Positions 1 to 10,759 are shown, counted from the stretch's first letter. The stretch is DNA of 64,000 bases from Desulfovibrio sp. (GCF_019424165.1 NZ_JAHZAA010000007.1:17915-81914), one strand, 5' to 3'. Notes: generated from the sequence alone by a model not told the origin. Numbers and translations are program-made.

Positions 1-24
1 TACGGCGAGCGCCTGCTCACGTAG
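1..24 (+). CDS. possible 3' end of a CDS entering from the left (YGERLLT*)
   Basis: Open frame ending in TAG at 22-24, followed by a strong hairpin and convergent with galU. Too short to identify. Confidence 0.3.
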   Translation, partial: YGERLLT

Positions 25-95
25 CCGCCGGAGCAGGTTGCCACTGAAGCAGTTGACGGCTTGCAACAAGAATAAAGGCCTCGGGGCGTGAGAGC

Positions 96-135
96 GTGTG
101 GGCGGAAGCCTTTTGCAAAAGGTTTCCGCCCACAC
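96..135. repeat. 40-bp near-perfect palindrome (REP-like or terminator-like hairpin)
   Basis: GTGTGGGCGGAAGCCTTTTG/CAAAAGGTTTCCGCCCACAC, one G-T mismatch, downstream of galU. Confidence 0.7.
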
Positions 136-158
136 AAAACATTTCAGAGTAAAAAGTT

Positions 159-310
159 CTAGAGCATTTTACCTTTGCAAAAAGGTAAAATCTCTAACGC
201 TGCACGCGAGTGCCGCGCGCCGCAACGCGGCGTGGATTCTGCCGAAAATCGCATTTTTCGGCAGGATGACAACTTTGAAAATATATATTTTCAAAGTTGA
301 TCTGCTCTAG
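159..310. mobile_element. 152-bp MITE-like palindromic element, copy 1
   Basis: Terminal inverted repeats CTAGAGCA...TGCTCTAG. Internal hairpins at 166-191 and 239-264, and a perfect 30-bp palindrome at 270-299. The terminal CTAG contains the galU stop codon. Confidence 0.7.
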
Positions 311-1179
311 TGGAACTGCACAAAGTTTTTGAGCAAATTCAGCAGGTCGTAGCGCAGTTCTTCATCCTGCAGGGCAAAATAGATATTGGCCGTCAAAAAT
401 TCCGCCCAGTCTCCGGCGTCAAACCGCATGCCAGACATGCGCACCGCCATCATGCCCCTGTCCTGCGCCATGGCCTGAAGAGCGTCAGTCAGTTGAATTT
501 CGCCGCCGTGGCCCGGGGTAACCTTTTCAAGATAGTCAAAAATATCGGGTGTAAGCACATAACGGCCCACAATAGCCATGCGCGAGGGCGCTTTGTCGCG
601 AGCGGGTTTTTCCACCATGCTCTTGACCCTGAACACGCCGGGGGCAACTTCGTCCCCTTCAATGATGCCGTAACGGTCTACCTTTTCCCACGGTACTTCC
701 ATAACACCGATGACGGGCATCTTTTCCGCCATGGCCACGTCAATAAGCTGGCCAATGCCGGGAACACCGCCAAACATCAGGTCATCACCCACCATAACGG
801 CAAAAGGATCGTCCCGCACCAGTTCGCGCGCGCATAGTACGGCATGCCCGAGGCCGAGCTGCTTTTTCTGGCGCACGGACATGATGTTGACCATTTCCGC
901 AACCCTGCGCACTTCTTCCAGCTTGTCGAGCTTTCCGGCGCGTTCAAGCACAGCTTCCAGTTGCAGGTTATAGTCAAAATGGTCTTCAATGACGCTTTTG
1001 TCACGGTTGGTTACGAAAATAACATCCTGGATATTGGCCTTCTGAGCCTCTTCCACCACATACTGGATGACCGGCTTGTTGTAGATGGGCAGCATTTCCT
1101 TGGGAATATTCTTGGTCGCGGGTAATGAACGCGTACCCCATCCGGCCACGGGAATAATAACCTTGCGAATATCCTTCAT
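307..1179 (-). CDS. galU: UTP-glucose-1-phosphate uridylyltransferase
   Basis: VIIPVAGWGTRSLPATKNIPKEMLPI, GLGHAV, VEKP and GEIQLTDA motifs. Confidence 0.96.
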   Translation of the reverse strand: MKDIRKVIIPVAGWGTRSLPATKNIPKEMLPIYNKPVIQYVVEEAQKANIQDVIFVTNRDKSVIEDHFDYNLQLEAVLERAGKLDKLEEVRRVAEMVNIMSVRQKKQLGLGHAVLCARELVRDDPFAVMVGDDLMFGGVPGIGQLIDVAMAEKMPVIGVMEVPWEKVDRYGIIEGDEVAPGVFRVKSMVEKPARDKAPSRMAIVGRYVLTPDIFDYLEKVTPGHGGEIQLTDALQAMAQDRGMMAVRMSGMRFDAGDWAEFLTANIYFALQDEELRYDLLNLLKNFVQFH

Positions 1180-1244
1180 GCTCGCCTCCGCTGTTGCTTT
1201 GCTTGTCTGTAGTCTCGTTCAAAAACCGGATGTCCGCAAGGACC

Positions 1245-2597
1245 TTAACGCAGCTCGCGCTCCACCACCTGGGCCAGGTCTTCGGCGTATGTCCGAACCC
1301 TGTCTTCATGCTCGCCTTCCACCATGACGCGGCACAGCGCCTCGGTGCCGGAATAGCGCAAAAGCACCCGCCCACGGCCACCCAGTTCTTTTTCCACCTG
1401 GGCCACGGCTTCACCGATAGCGGGGCGCTCTTCAAAGGGCAGGCGTTTTTCCACCCGCACGTTGATGAGCTTTTGCGGAAAAGGCGTCAGCAGCCCGGCC
1501 AGATCAGAAAGCGGCCGCTCTTTCTCCCGCATGATGCGCAATATCTGCAGCGCAGCCAGCAGGCCGTCGCCCGTGGTGCTGTAACGGTGAAAAATGAGAT
1601 GACCCGACTGTTCGCCGCCGAGCATGGCTCCTTCACGGCGCATGGCCTCCATGACGTAACGGTCGCCCACCTTGGTGCGCAAAAGCTGCCCGCCATGGTC
1701 GCACATAAAAAGCTCCAGGGCCATATTGCTCATGGCCGTGGCGACCAGCAGGTTGCCGGGCAGTTCGCCCCTGGCCATCATGGCCTGGGCGCACAGCGCC
1801 ATGATCTGGTCGCCGTCCAGAATCACCCCGCGCTCGTCCACCACAATAAGGCGGTCGGCATCACCGTCCAGGGCCAGGCCGATGTCGGCCCGCACCTCGC
1901 GCACCTTGGCCGCAACCACGTCGGGATGCAGCGAGCCGCAGTGCTCGTTGATATTGGTTCCGTCCGGGCTGGTTCCGATGCGGAACACTTCAGCCCCAAG
2001 CTCTTCCAGGGCAAGGGGAGCCACCTTGTAGCTCGCCCCGTTGGCGCAGTCTACCACAATGCGCAGGCCAGAAAGGGTCAGATGGGCAGGAAAACAGCTT
2101 TTTGTGTACACAATGTAGCGCCCGCCCGCGTCTTCAATCTTTGTGGCACGGCCCACACCGCGCGAATCGGGATACGGCCAGGAAAACCCGGAATCCAGCA
2201 CCATGGCCGCGATCTCGTCTTCGGCCATGTCGGGCAGCTTGTACCCGTCGGCATCAAAAAACTTTATGCCGTTATCCTGAAAGGGGTTGTGCGAGGCCGA
2301 AATAACCACGCCCAGATCCGCGCGCATGCTGCGTGTCAGAAAGGATATGGCCGGAGTGGGCAACGGGCCAGTCATGATGACGTGCATGCCCGCAGCGCAC
2401 AGCCCCGCCGTGAGGGCGGACTCAAACATATATCCCGACAGGCGCGTGTCCTTGCCGATAACCACTTTGTGCTGATGCTGGCCCCGCCGGAAACGAACCC
2501 CGGCGGCCAGCCCCAGACGCAGGGCAACATCCACCGTCATCGGGTATGTATTTACCGTACCACGCAAACCATCCGTGCCGAAAAGACGATCGGCCAT
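1245..2597 (-). CDS. glmM: phosphoglucosamine mutase
   Basis: [15 protein letters not shown] phosphoserine loop, DGDADR, GGEQSGH, RYSGTE. RBS AAGGAG before the ATG at 2597. Confidence 0.96.
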   Translation of the reverse strand: MADRLFGTDGLRGTVNTYPMTVDVALRLGLAAGVRFRRGQHQHKVVIGKDTRLSGYMFESALTAGLCAAGMHVIMTGPLPTPAISFLTRSMRADLGVVISASHNPFQDNGIKFFDADGYKLPDMAEDEIAAMVLDSGFSWPYPDSRGVGRATKIEDAGGRYIVYTKSCFPAHLTLSGLRIVVDCANGASYKVAPLALEELGAEVFRIGTSPDGTNINEHCGSLHPDVVAAKVREVRADIGLALDGDADRLIVVDERGVILDGDQIMALCAQAMMARGELPGNLLVATAMSNMALELFMCDHGGQLLRTKVGDRYVMEAMRREGAMLGGEQSGHLIFHRYSTTGDGLLAALQILRIMREKERPLSDLAGLLTPFPQKLINVRVEKRLPFEERPAIGEAVAQVEKELGGRGRVLLRYSGTEALCRVMVEGEHEDRVRTYAEDLAQVVERELR

Positions 2598-2656
2598 GCC
2601 ATCTCCTTCAAGGGCAAAAGCGCCCTCCGTTTCCCGCAACTTGCCGGGAGTACGGT

Positions 2657-3589
2657 CTATTTTTTCTTGCGGCTTACCGTAACTTCTTCTGTGCCGGGGT
2701 TCAAGAGCGTCATGCCCTCGGGCAGGCGAAAGCGCACCTCTACCTGACGGCTTTCGCCTTCATCAAGGTCGGGCGGGCTGACGGTAGCCTCCAGCTGTCC
2801 GAGATAGCGGGCATTTTTTGCCAGCGCATCGGGTACTTCCACAAGCACGGTCAGTTCGTCCGGCTCCACTTTATAGAGGCGGCGGTTTTCGGCCGAAATT
2901 TCCACCTTGCAACGCTGGCTCACCGTAATGCGCCCGCTGGTGATGCTGTACTGCACCTTGACTGTAGGAGGAACCGCGGTCACAAGGCTCGGCGTATCCA
3001 GGGTTATGACCTGATGCACAGTGCTTCCCGCCGCGGTGGGGTCGGCCATGATGGTCACCGGCACATGGGAAATGCCTTCAACCACACTTTCCGGCCCGCG
3101 CAGGGTTACCGTGGCAGGGTCCACCCTGGCATTTTCCACAGTCAGCGCCCCGTTGCGCAAGGGTGAATCCACAGTGAGCTTTACGGGAACCGCCCGTTCC
3201 ACCAGGGTGTCAGCCGTAATGGCGATGCGCGGCGGCTGCACGTCGATAAGCTCAAAGGCGCGAAACCCCGGCCCGAGATGCTCGGCCGTAAGGGGCACGA
3301 TGGTAACGCCTTTTTTGATATGGGAAAGATTGACCGCCTGAATAAGCTTGCTCTGGGTAACCGAGCGCAAAAGAGTTTCCGGCCCGCGCAGGCGCACCAC
3401 GGCCTTGTTGATCAGACCATCGGTGATCACAAGGTTTGCGGGTATGCCGTAGTAGTCAAGGGTTACTTCCAACTGGGCTTCAAGGCGTTCGCGCACGCTG
3501 ACCACATACCACATGCTCACGGCCGCAAGCACGGCCACCAGCAAAGACATCAGATGCGGCGCACGCCGGGGAATATCAGAGGACTTCAT
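2657..3589 (-). CDS. YbbR/CdaR-like membrane-anchored regulator of diadenylate cyclase
   Basis: N-terminal TM helix ([15 protein letters not shown]), repeated V.LRGPE YbbR-type motifs, lies between dacA and glmM. Confidence 0.82.
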   Translation of the reverse strand: MKSSDIPRRAPHLMSLLVAVLAAVSMWYVVSVRERLEAQLEVTLDYYGIPANLVITDGLINKAVVRLRGPETLLRSVTQSKLIQAVNLSHIKKGVTIVPLTAEHLGPGFRAFELIDVQPPRIAITADTLVERAVPVKLTVDSPLRNGALTVENARVDPATVTLRGPESVVEGISHVPVTIMADPTAAGSTVHQVITLDTPSLVTAVPPTVKVQYSITSGRITVSQRCKVEISAENRRLYKVEPDELTVLVEVPDALAKNARYLGQLEATVSPPDLDEGESRQVEVRFRLPEGMTLLNPGTEEVTVSRKKK

Positions 3590-4310
3590 TAAGCACCTCC
3601 CGCAGGCGGCCGGCATCCAGGGCGCGCATAAGCTCGCCCTTTATGGCTACTGAAATTTCGCCCCGTTCTTCAGACACGACAATAACCACAGCATCGCTTT
3701 CCATAGTTACCCCAAGGGCCGCGCGGTGGCGGGTGCCGAAACTCTGCCCCTTGGCCACAGCCAGCGGCAGAATACAGGCCGCAGCCATAAGCCGCCCCCG
3801 GCTGATAACCACCGCCCCGTCGTGCAGGGGCGCTTTGGGGTAAAAAATATTCATGAGCAGTTGACGCGAAAGCTGCGCGTCAACCCGCACACCCTCGCGC
3901 TTGATCATGTCGCCGAGCCGGATGCTGCGCTCCACCACAATAAGCGCTCCCACGCGCAGGCGGGCCATCTCCACACAGGCCATCACCACTTCCTCAACGC
4001 CGTCCTGCATAAGCTGTTTTTTGCGAAACAGCCGGTGCGTACCCATTTCACCAAGGGCCTGCCGGATATCGGACTGAAAGATGACCACTATGAGTATGAA
4101 TATGGAGCTGAAGATATGCTGTAAAAGCCAGCTCAACGTATACAGGCCCACGGCTCTGGAAAAAAAATACAGCAGCGTCAGCAGGCCGAGGCCGGTCAGT
4201 ACGGCCAGAGCACGCGAGCCGCGCACCATCTGGATAAGCTGGTACAGAAGCACGCTGACCACGCCGATATCCAGAAGATCGCGCCATTCGATGGGTATAT
4301 TGTCAAACAC
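3576..4310 (-). CDS. dacA: diadenylate cyclase (CdaA/DacA family)
   Basis: Three N-terminal TM segments, FQSDIRQAL, PLHDGA and GTRHRAALG catalytic motifs, VSEERG. GTG start inferred. Confidence 0.92.
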   Translation of the reverse strand: MFDNIPIEWRDLLDIGVVSVLLYQLIQMVRGSRALAVLTGLGLLTLLYFFSRAVGLYTLSWLLQHIFSSIFILIVVIFQSDIRQALGEMGTHRLFRKKQLMQDGVEEVVMACVEMARLRVGALIVVERSIRLGDMIKREGVRVDAQLSRQLLMNIFYPKAPLHDGAVVISRGRLMAAACILPLAVAKGQSFGTRHRAALGVTMESDAVVIVVSEERGEISVAIKGELMRALDAGRLREVLNEVL

Positions 4311-4808
4311 CGTAGTATCCTTGGACGAAGATATAAAAACCGCCGTTACGCGTCGCTCCGGACAGGCGCAGCCCGCCCGCGGTCTTGCTGTGCGCCGGGC
4401 ATTGAACAACGTTTCTGCCGGCCCCGCTGACTGCGGTCAGCCACAGGCTGCATGGCATTTTCCGGCGAACCCTTGCCCGCTACATGGCCTTATCCGCCTG
4501 CCCGGCGGATTCGTCAAGAGCTTGGCAGTGTGAATTTCAAGTCGGCTCTTATGGCTTTTGGGCGCGGCAAAAAACCGATGCCAATGCGCTGCAAACAGCG
4601 TTCCGGCAGTTGCCGTTCAAAATGAAGCCGCGCCCAATACGACTGGCGTTTTCCGGCGCACTGGCACGGCAGCCCTTATTACCGGGATTTTCCTTAACTC
4701 TCTGTAAATGTACAGAATTGAATTACCCGCACACGGCCGGAAAATAGCGCATGCCGCCGTTGCCGGCCAGAACCGCTGACAGCCTGGGCGGCCTGCCGCA
4801 GCCGCATG

Positions 4809-4841
4809 AAAAAAAAGGACACGCACCAGCGTGCCCTTTTT
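4809..4841 (-). terminator. rho-independent terminator after folP
   Basis: Minus strand GGGCACGC-TGGT-GCGTGTCC followed by T8. Confidence 0.7.
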
Positions 4842-4846
4842 GTATT

Positions 4847-5749
4847 TTACGCTACAGATGGGCCACCCGGCAAGGGGCCGGGATTGAAAGCCGCGGCAAC
4901 CGCCAGCCCCTGTCGGGCAGCGGCCACCTGATGCACCCTGTGCCAGAAAACGCCCCGCGCACGCAGCAGCGCCGTTGCCGCCACGGTAGCCGTGCCGCGC
5001 TGATCCGGCGGCAGTGAAAGCAGGCCGCCAAAAACGGATTTCATTGAAAGGGCCATGAGCACAGGCCGCCCCAGATCCAGCCAGTCTTCAGGGTGCGCCA
5101 GCAATTCCAGATTATGGGCCAGCGTTTTGCCGAAACCTATGCCAGGGTCAAGAATGATACGGTCTTCGGGTACACCAGCCCGCACCAGCCGCGCGAGATT
5201 GCGTTCAAAAAACTCCCGCACTTCACGCCGCACATCCCCATACTGCGGATTGTGCTGCATGGTCTCGGGCCGCCCCTGACTATGCATGAGCACATAGCCC
5301 GGCTTGTATTGCACAAGCACGTCCAGCAGGGCCGGATCAAACGCGCACGCCGAAATGTCATTGATAATGGTCGCTCCCTGCTCCAGCACAGCGGCGGCAG
5401 TGGCGGCATGATATGTATCAACAGAAACCGCCGCCCAGGGAGCCTTGCGGCGCAGCCCCATAAGCACGGGCGTGAGGCGGCGGATCTCTTCGTCCGGCGA
5501 AAGCTCGGCCGCTCCCGGCCGGGACGATTCGGCCCCCAGATCAAGAATATCAGCGCCTTCTTCAAGCAGGGCCAGGGCATGCCGCAGGCCGGCCGGAGGA
5601 AGATGATGCGTGCCGCCGTCATAAAAGGAATCAGGAGTAAGATTGACAATGCCCATAACGCCAAAGGGGGAGGGCGTCTTCAACGCCCGCCCCCCCATGA
5701 CATGCCAGGCTGCGCCCGTTACGGGCGCCACCGGGAATGAGTTTTTCAT
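4847..5749 (-). CDS. folP: dihydropteroate synthase
   Basis: MGIVNLTPDSFYDGG, GAESSRPG, SVDT, DPGIGFGK, SMKS, RVH. TAATG-coupled to ftsH. Confidence 0.95.
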   Translation of the reverse strand: MKNSFPVAPVTGAAWHVMGGRALKTPSPFGVMGIVNLTPDSFYDGGTHHLPPAGLRHALALLEEGADILDLGAESSRPGAAELSPDEEIRRLTPVLMGLRRKAPWAAVSVDTYHAATAAAVLEQGATIINDISACAFDPALLDVLVQYKPGYVLMHSQGRPETMQHNPQYGDVRREVREFFERNLARLVRAGVPEDRIILDPGIGFGKTLAHNLELLAHPEDWLDLGRPVLMALSMKSVFGGLLSLPPDQRGTATVAATALLRARGVFWHRVHQVAAARQGLAVAAAFNPGPLPGGPSVA

Positions 5750-7785
5750 TACTGATTTCGCTTGTTGTCGTCTTCACCATTATTGGCGGCCATTTCGCCG
5801 CTTTCAGCACTTTCCGCTTCCGCCGGGGCCTGCGCTGCCGGGGCATCTTCATTGCCTGTATCCGGCTCAAGGGTGAACTCGGCAGGTTCGGCGGCAACGG
5901 CTGCCTCGCCCTTGGGGCTTCCGCCGCTCTTGCCGGGACGGCTGGGAGCTTCGGAATACTTGACGGGCTTGCCGTTGTTGTCCAGCGGGGGCAGCTCCTT
6001 GTCTTCCATCAGGAGTTCAAGCTCTTCGCCGGTAATGGTTTCACGATCCAGCAAGGCGCGGGCAATGCGGTGCAGCGTTTCTTCATTTTCCTTCAGCAGC
6101 ACGCGGCAGCGCTCATGCGCTTCGTCCACAATACGCTTGACTTCCGAGTCCACCAGGCGAGCGGTGTCTTCGCTGAAGTTTTTGTTCTGCACCCATTCCC
6201 GGCCGATAAAGACTTCTTCGCCGGTTTCGCCGATAGCCAGCGTACCCACAGCCTCGCTCATACCCCACTCACATACCATTTTACGGGCCATGCGGGTGAC
6301 GCGCTCAATGTCGTTGGAGGCTCCGGTGGTGATGTCGTCAAAAATAAGCTCTTCAGCCACGCGGCCGCCAAGCAGCACTACCAGGGTATTACGCAGGTAG
6401 GAGCGCGAGTAGCCGTGACGGTCTTCTTCAGGCAGTTGCATGGTCACGCCAAGAGCGCGCCCGCGCGGAATAATGGTGACCTTGTGCACCGGGTCCGAGC
6501 CGGGCAGAAGGCGTGCCGCCAGGGCATGGCCGCCTTCGTGATAGGCGGTGATGCGTCTTTCCTCATCAGAAAGGATAAGGCTGCGGCGCTCACGGCCCAT
6601 AAGAACCTTGTCCTTGGCATATTCAAAATCGTGCATGTCCAGCCTGTCCTGATTCAGTTTGGCAGCCTGAAGGGCAGCCTCGTTGACCAGGTTTTCCAGG
6701 TCTGCACCGGAGAAGCCGGGCGTACCGCGGGCCAGAACTTCCAGATCCACATCGCCGGAAAGCGGGGTGCGCTTGGTGTGTACCTCAAGAATACGGCGGC
6801 GACCACGAAGGTCGGGAGTGGGAACCACCACCTGACGGTCAAAACGGCCGGGACGCAGCAGGGCCGGGTCCAGCACGTCGGGACGGTTGGTGGCGGCAAT
6901 GAGGATAACGCCCTCATTGCTTTCAAAACCGTCCATCTCTACCAGCATCTGGTTCAGCGTCTGTTCGCGCTCGTCATGCCCGCCACCGAGTCCGGCGCCG
7001 CGCTGACGGCCAACAGCGTCAATTTCGTCAATAAAAATAAGGCAAGGCGCATTTTTCTTGCCCTGCACAAAAAGGTCGCGCACACGCGAAGCGCCCACGC
7101 CCACAAACATTTCCACAAAGTCCGAGCCGGAAATGGAAAAGAAAGGCACTCCGGCTTCGCCCGCCACGGCGCGCGCCAGAAGCGTCTTGCCCGTGCCGGG
7201 AGGCCCCACGAGCAGCACGCCCTTGGGGATGCGCCCGCCAAGGCGGGTAAATTTTTTGGGATTGGACAAAAACTCCACCACTTCGGCGAGTTCATCCTTG
7301 GCTTCGTCCACCCCGGCCACGTCGGCAAAGGTGACGCGGGCGCTGTCCTGATTGAGCATGCGCGCGCGCGAACGGCCAAAATTCATGGCCTTTCCACCGC
7401 CGCCCTGCATCTGCCGCATGAAAAAGATCCATACGCCCACAAGCAGGAGCATGGGAAACCACGAAACCAGCAGCGTCATGTACCAGGGCTGCTCTTCAGG
7501 CGGCTCTGCCTTGACCTCCACCTTTTTTTCAATAAGGCGGTTGACCAGACCCAGGTCCTGTGGAGCGTAGGTCTGCACGGTTTTGCCGTCTGATGTTCTA
7601 CCTGTAAGCGTGTGCCCCTGCATGGTTACAGACAGTATCTGGCCGCCATCCACCTGACTCAGAAAGTCAGAATAGGGCACTCTTTGCATTACGCCCTGTG
7701 GCTGCTGGAACATATTAAAAAGCATAACCATCGCCAGGACGATAATGGCCCATAGCATCAGGTTGCGACTCATCTGGTTCAACAT
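5749..7785 (-). CDS. ftsH: ATP-dependent zinc metalloprotease FtsH
   Basis: Two TMs, [30 protein letters not shown] zinc motif. Confidence 0.97.
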   Translation of the reverse strand: MLNQMSRNLMLWAIIVLAMVMLFNMFQQPQGVMQRVPYSDFLSQVDGGQILSVTMQGHTLTGRTSDGKTVQTYAPQDLGLVNRLIEKKVEVKAEPPEEQPWYMTLLVSWFPMLLLVGVWIFFMRQMQGGGGKAMNFGRSRARMLNQDSARVTFADVAGVDEAKDELAEVVEFLSNPKKFTRLGGRIPKGVLLVGPPGTGKTLLARAVAGEAGVPFFSISGSDFVEMFVGVGASRVRDLFVQGKKNAPCLIFIDEIDAVGRQRGAGLGGGHDEREQTLNQMLVEMDGFESNEGVILIAATNRPDVLDPALLRPGRFDRQVVVPTPDLRGRRRILEVHTKRTPLSGDVDLEVLARGTPGFSGADLENLVNEAALQAAKLNQDRLDMHDFEYAKDKVLMGRERRSLILSDEERRITAYHEGGHALAARLLPGSDPVHKVTIIPRGRALGVTMQLPEEDRHGYSRSYLRNTLVVLLGGRVAEELIFDDITTGASNDIERVTRMARKMVCEWGMSEAVGTLAIGETGEEVFIGREWVQNKNFSEDTARLVDSEVKRIVDEAHERCRVLLKENEETLHRIARALLDRETITGEELELLMEDKELPPLDNNGKPVKYSEAPSRPGKSGGSPKGEAAVAAEPAEFTLEPDTGNEDAPAAQAPAEAESAESGEMAANNGEDDNKRNQ

Positions 7786-8037
7786 TGCCTCCGTTACGTT
7801 TTCCGTGCGCTCCGGCACACGGCCAGGACCTGAACATAGGCCCACGCAAGCAGAGAAATACTACCTGTGCACGCCCAATGTCAAATGGCCAAGGCCCACG
7901 GGGGCCTGCCGCTTAAACCGTTTTTTCACATATAATGCCTGACACCTGATTGGCAATGGGCAAAACGGTATTTTGCCGCTGACAAACCAGACTCTTGCAG
8001 CAATCGTTTTTTTCACATAGCATACGAACGCTTGCGC

Positions 8038-8131
8038 GGAGACGTTTCGTCACCGGTGTGGCGCCCGGTCTTCAAAACCGGTGGCAGGCTTTACCGTCTG
8101 CGGTAGGTTCGACCCCTATACGTCTCCGCCA
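8038..8131 (+). tRNA. selC: tRNA-Sec (anticodon TCA)
   Basis: 94 nt. 8-bp acceptor stem GGAGACGT/ACGTCTCC, anticodon loop CTTCAAA, long variable arm, GGTTCGA T-loop, encoded GCCA end. selA is in the same window. Confidence 0.95.
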
Positions 8132-8169
8132 AATAGCATCTTCAGCGCTCTGATATGGTTCACCAAGAT

Positions 8170-8204
8170 AGCCCCTTTGAAGCTGTGCTTCAAAGGGGCT
8201 TTTT
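8170..8204. terminator. hairpin terminator after tRNA-Sec (convergent genes)
   Basis: AGCCCCTTTGAAGC-TGT-GCTTCAAAGGGGCT followed by TTTT. Confidence 0.8.
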
Positions 8205-8289
8205 ACATGCATTTTTACCTGCCGCCGCCAAAGGGCATTGCCCGCCCGCAAGGCAGCGCCGCCGTGCCGCCGCCCCTCCTGCAAGGCCG

Positions 8290-9474
8290 TCACCCCCGCT
8301 GCCTCCAGCGTTGCATCAACCTGCCGAAAGCCTCTGCCACATCGGCGTAGCGCGCATCCGCATCAGTGCCGAATGTTTTTGCCTTGCGGCTGGCCAGAAT
8401 GAACACGGCATGCAAACCGTGCTCCGCATAGAAGGGGCGTGCGTAATACGAACGTACGCCCAGGGGTGTAAATAATGCCCAGTCTACAGATTTTACGCTG
8501 TTCAGCGTGTCTTCGACCAGCAGCGAGTTCAAATCAAAGCGTTCTATATCTTGGGCGATGGTTCCCTCATAGGCATGAACGGCCCCCCATTCCAGATTGT
8601 CAAACGCGCGCCCTACTCCGTAGACGGTTACTTTGCCGCTGCCGGACTGGATGTGCGACAGCATAAGCCCGTCCACCTCCGGGTCGCATGTGTTCCAAAG
8701 CTCTTCCAGGGCCGGGCGCAGATCACCGGGGCGCAATGCCTCATCGCTGCTGGTATCAAAGGGGCGCATCGTGGTTTTGGCGTCCACGCGCACCAGAGCG
8801 GCCCGCACGACCCGGCCTTGCGGCCCGCCCCAGGGCGTCAGCCGCACAGAGGTTGAAAAAAGCCCGCGCTCCGCATTGCCCAGCATGAGCTTTCCCGACC
8901 ATGCATCTTCCCGCACAGCCTGGCGCGCGGCATTGAGAAGCTGCTCACCCAGGCTCTGCGGCGCGATATCCTCCAGCGATAAAAGACTGCTGCCCTGCCC
9001 CTGGCGCATGAACAGTCTGCCGGCGGCCTCATTCGCCTCCTTGAGGCAGCAGTCCTCCAGATCAATGGTAAACACCGGGTAATCCACATCGCCCACGCAC
9101 ATGCCGAGCTGCGCGTTATAGCATGCCGATCCGTAGCCGCCAGGCAAAAACGCGCTTTTAAGCAAGCCGCTGTAGACGTCCAGTCCCGGCTCGGGCCAGC
9201 CCTGCAGAATGAGCGGCTTGCGGCCTCCATCCGACCGCAGACGAAAAATGGCCGCAGCAGGCCGCGCGGCATGAATCATATCCCAGAATTCCACCAGAAG
9301 GGGATAGTCTTCCGGCATGACGACCTGCTTGCGATATCTGGCATTCTTCAGCAATTGGGGAGCATCCAGCCCCTCCACCTGCCAGCGCGTAAAAAGCTTG
9401 AGCCGAGACTCACGCTGCCGAATGCTCCACAACAATCCGGGAAATCCGCTCCGCCACTGCGAAAAACGCGGCAT
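8290..9474 (-). CDS. hypothetical sensor-like protein (PAS-like middle, GAF-like C-terminus)
   Basis: 394-aa ORF with RBS AAGGAG. PAS-like ANEAAGRLF...WSGKL and GAF-like GVRSYYARPF...VFILAS segments. No output domain recognised. Confidence 0.65.
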   Translation of the reverse strand: MPRFSQWRSGFPGLLWSIRQRESRLKLFTRWQVEGLDAPQLLKNARYRKQVVMPEDYPLLVEFWDMIHAARPAAAIFRLRSDGGRKPLILQGWPEPGLDVYSGLLKSAFLPGGYGSACYNAQLGMCVGDVDYPVFTIDLEDCCLKEANEAAGRLFMRQGQGSSLLSLEDIAPQSLGEQLLNAARQAVREDAWSGKLMLGNAERGLFSTSVRLTPWGGPQGRVVRAALVRVDAKTTMRPFDTSSDEALRPGDLRPALEELWNTCDPEVDGLMLSHIQSGSGKVTVYGVGRAFDNLEWGAVHAYEGTIAQDIERFDLNSLLVEDTLNSVKSVDWALFTPLGVRSYYARPFYAEHGLHAVFILASRKAKTFGTDADARYADVAEAFGRLMQRWRQRG

Positions 9475-9571
9475 ATAAACTCCTTCAGCCTTTTGGGCAC
9501 AACCGGTTGCTGCCGGTCTGCTTGCCAGTAAAATAGATACATTTACAGGGCAAGCCCTTTTTCACAGCATA

Positions 9572-9586
9572 ATTGGTCATACCAAT
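9572..9586. promoter_or_regulatory. FadR/GntR-type operator 1
   Basis: Palindrome ATTGGT-CAT-ACCAAT matches the TGGT-N3-ACCA consensus of FadR-subfamily regulators. Confidence 0.7.
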
Positions 9587-9666
9587 CTGTATATTTTACC
9601 CAAAAATACCGTTAGAACCTGTCTAATATCCGATTAATTGTATACTTTAAAGTAGAAACATACTAT

Positions 9667-9678
9667 TTGGTATGACCA
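9667..9678. promoter_or_regulatory. FadR/GntR-type operator 2
   Basis: TTGGTATGACCA is the exact reverse complement of 9574-9585. Confidence 0.65.
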
Positions 9679-9806
9679 GAAATCATAAAAAAAGCATATA
9701 AATACAGTGCAATAAAATAAATACATACAATACAGACCTGAATATTGTCATAAAAAGCCCCAAGAGACAGAATCAACACAACAAGACAAACCTGCAGGGG
9801 AAGGCC

Positions 9807-10451
9807 ATGACTACACCTGCCACTACGGAACGACGCCTGGAACAGGCACTGCTGAAAGGCCGCTGGAACCTTTTTGAACGGTTGCCCGCAGAACGCCTGC
9901 TGGCGGAAAAACTCGGCGTGAGCCGCGCCACCCTGCGCACGGCGCTGCGCACCCTTGTGGGCCGTGGCATTCTGGAAACCAGACGCGGCAGCGGAACATT
10001 TGTAAAGGCCCTGCCCTGCCGCTCCGACAATGCCAGCCTGGCGGACAGCCTGCGAGCCTTCCGCATTGTGATGCCACACCTGCTTATGGTGGCACAGCCA
10101 TCTTTTGCCCCTTCGGCCATACTCACGCTGGAACGCCAGCTGTCTGCAACCGGCATGGCGCTGCATGCGTCCGACATGCGGCTTTTCGCGCAATATCACC
10201 TTCAGTTCTTCTCTACCTTGTTACAGGGACTTTCCAATACCCGTCTGGCCCAGGCCGGAGCGGCAACCCTGCCGGACGCCCACGCCCTCGCGCGGCTTTT
10301 GCAGGACTGCCCGCCCATACGCCTTGAGGAAATATTCAAGCATCTTGCCCGCACCCTGCATGGCCTGCGCCACGCAGATCCGCAGGCATCATCTGCCGCC
10401 TTGTCGGCTTACGCTGCCTGCCTTTTACAGGGCATGGGAGAAGAAGCATGA
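9807..10451 (+). CDS. GntR (FadR-subfamily) transcriptional regulator
   Basis: [22 protein letters not shown]...RRGSGTFV winged HTH, with a helical C-terminal domain. Confidence 0.9.
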   Translation: MTTPATTERRLEQALLKGRWNLFERLPAERLLAEKLGVSRATLRTALRTLVGRGILETRRGSGTFVKALPCRSDNASLADSLRAFRIVMPHLLMVAQPSFAPSAILTLERQLSATGMALHASDMRLFAQYHLQFFSTLLQGLSNTRLAQAGAATLPDAHALARLLQDCPPIRLEEIFKHLARTLHGLRHADPQASSAALSAYAACLLQGMGEEA

Positions 10452-10759
10452 CCAGAACAAGCAGAAGAAATTTCTTGCGGGGGGTGTGGCGCGCGCACCC
10501 TCTGCCTGTGACGGATGAAGACTCTTTTTCGGCGGCCGCTGCTGATGGGCCGCGTGCCCTCCAGGCACTGCCGCCGGAATTTTCGTCCGCCATGCTGCGT
10601 ATGGAAGGGCAGCGCCTGGGACTGCCTGCAGAGGCAATGGAAGAGGAAGAATTGGCCCGGGCCGTTTTACGGGCCATGCACGCCGGAGCACCCCTGCCCC
10701 ACGCGCCCTGCCCTGACGCACCGCCCCAAGGCGACGCCAGCAGGCACGGACGCCCCTGA
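10448..10759 (+). CDS. small hypothetical protein with N-terminal SRRNFL motif
   Basis: ATGA overlap with gntR and fills the operon gap. Twin-arginine-like motif but no hydrophobic h-region. Confidence 0.6.
   Translation: MTRTSRRNFLRGVWRAHPLPVTDEDSFSAAAADGPRALQALPPEFSSAMLRMEGQRLGLPAEAMEEEELARAVLRAMHAGAPLPHAPCPDAPPQGDASRHGRP

Noticed and set aside
4311..4808. c-di-AMP (ydaO) riboswitch or small ORF upstream of dacA
   Set aside because: Consensus elements not recognisable. The short ORFs lack an RBS and recognisable motifs.
7921..8020. TTTTTTCACAT half-sites upstream of ftsH/selC as Rex boxes
   Set aside because: Only one half matches. More likely ordinary promoter sequence.
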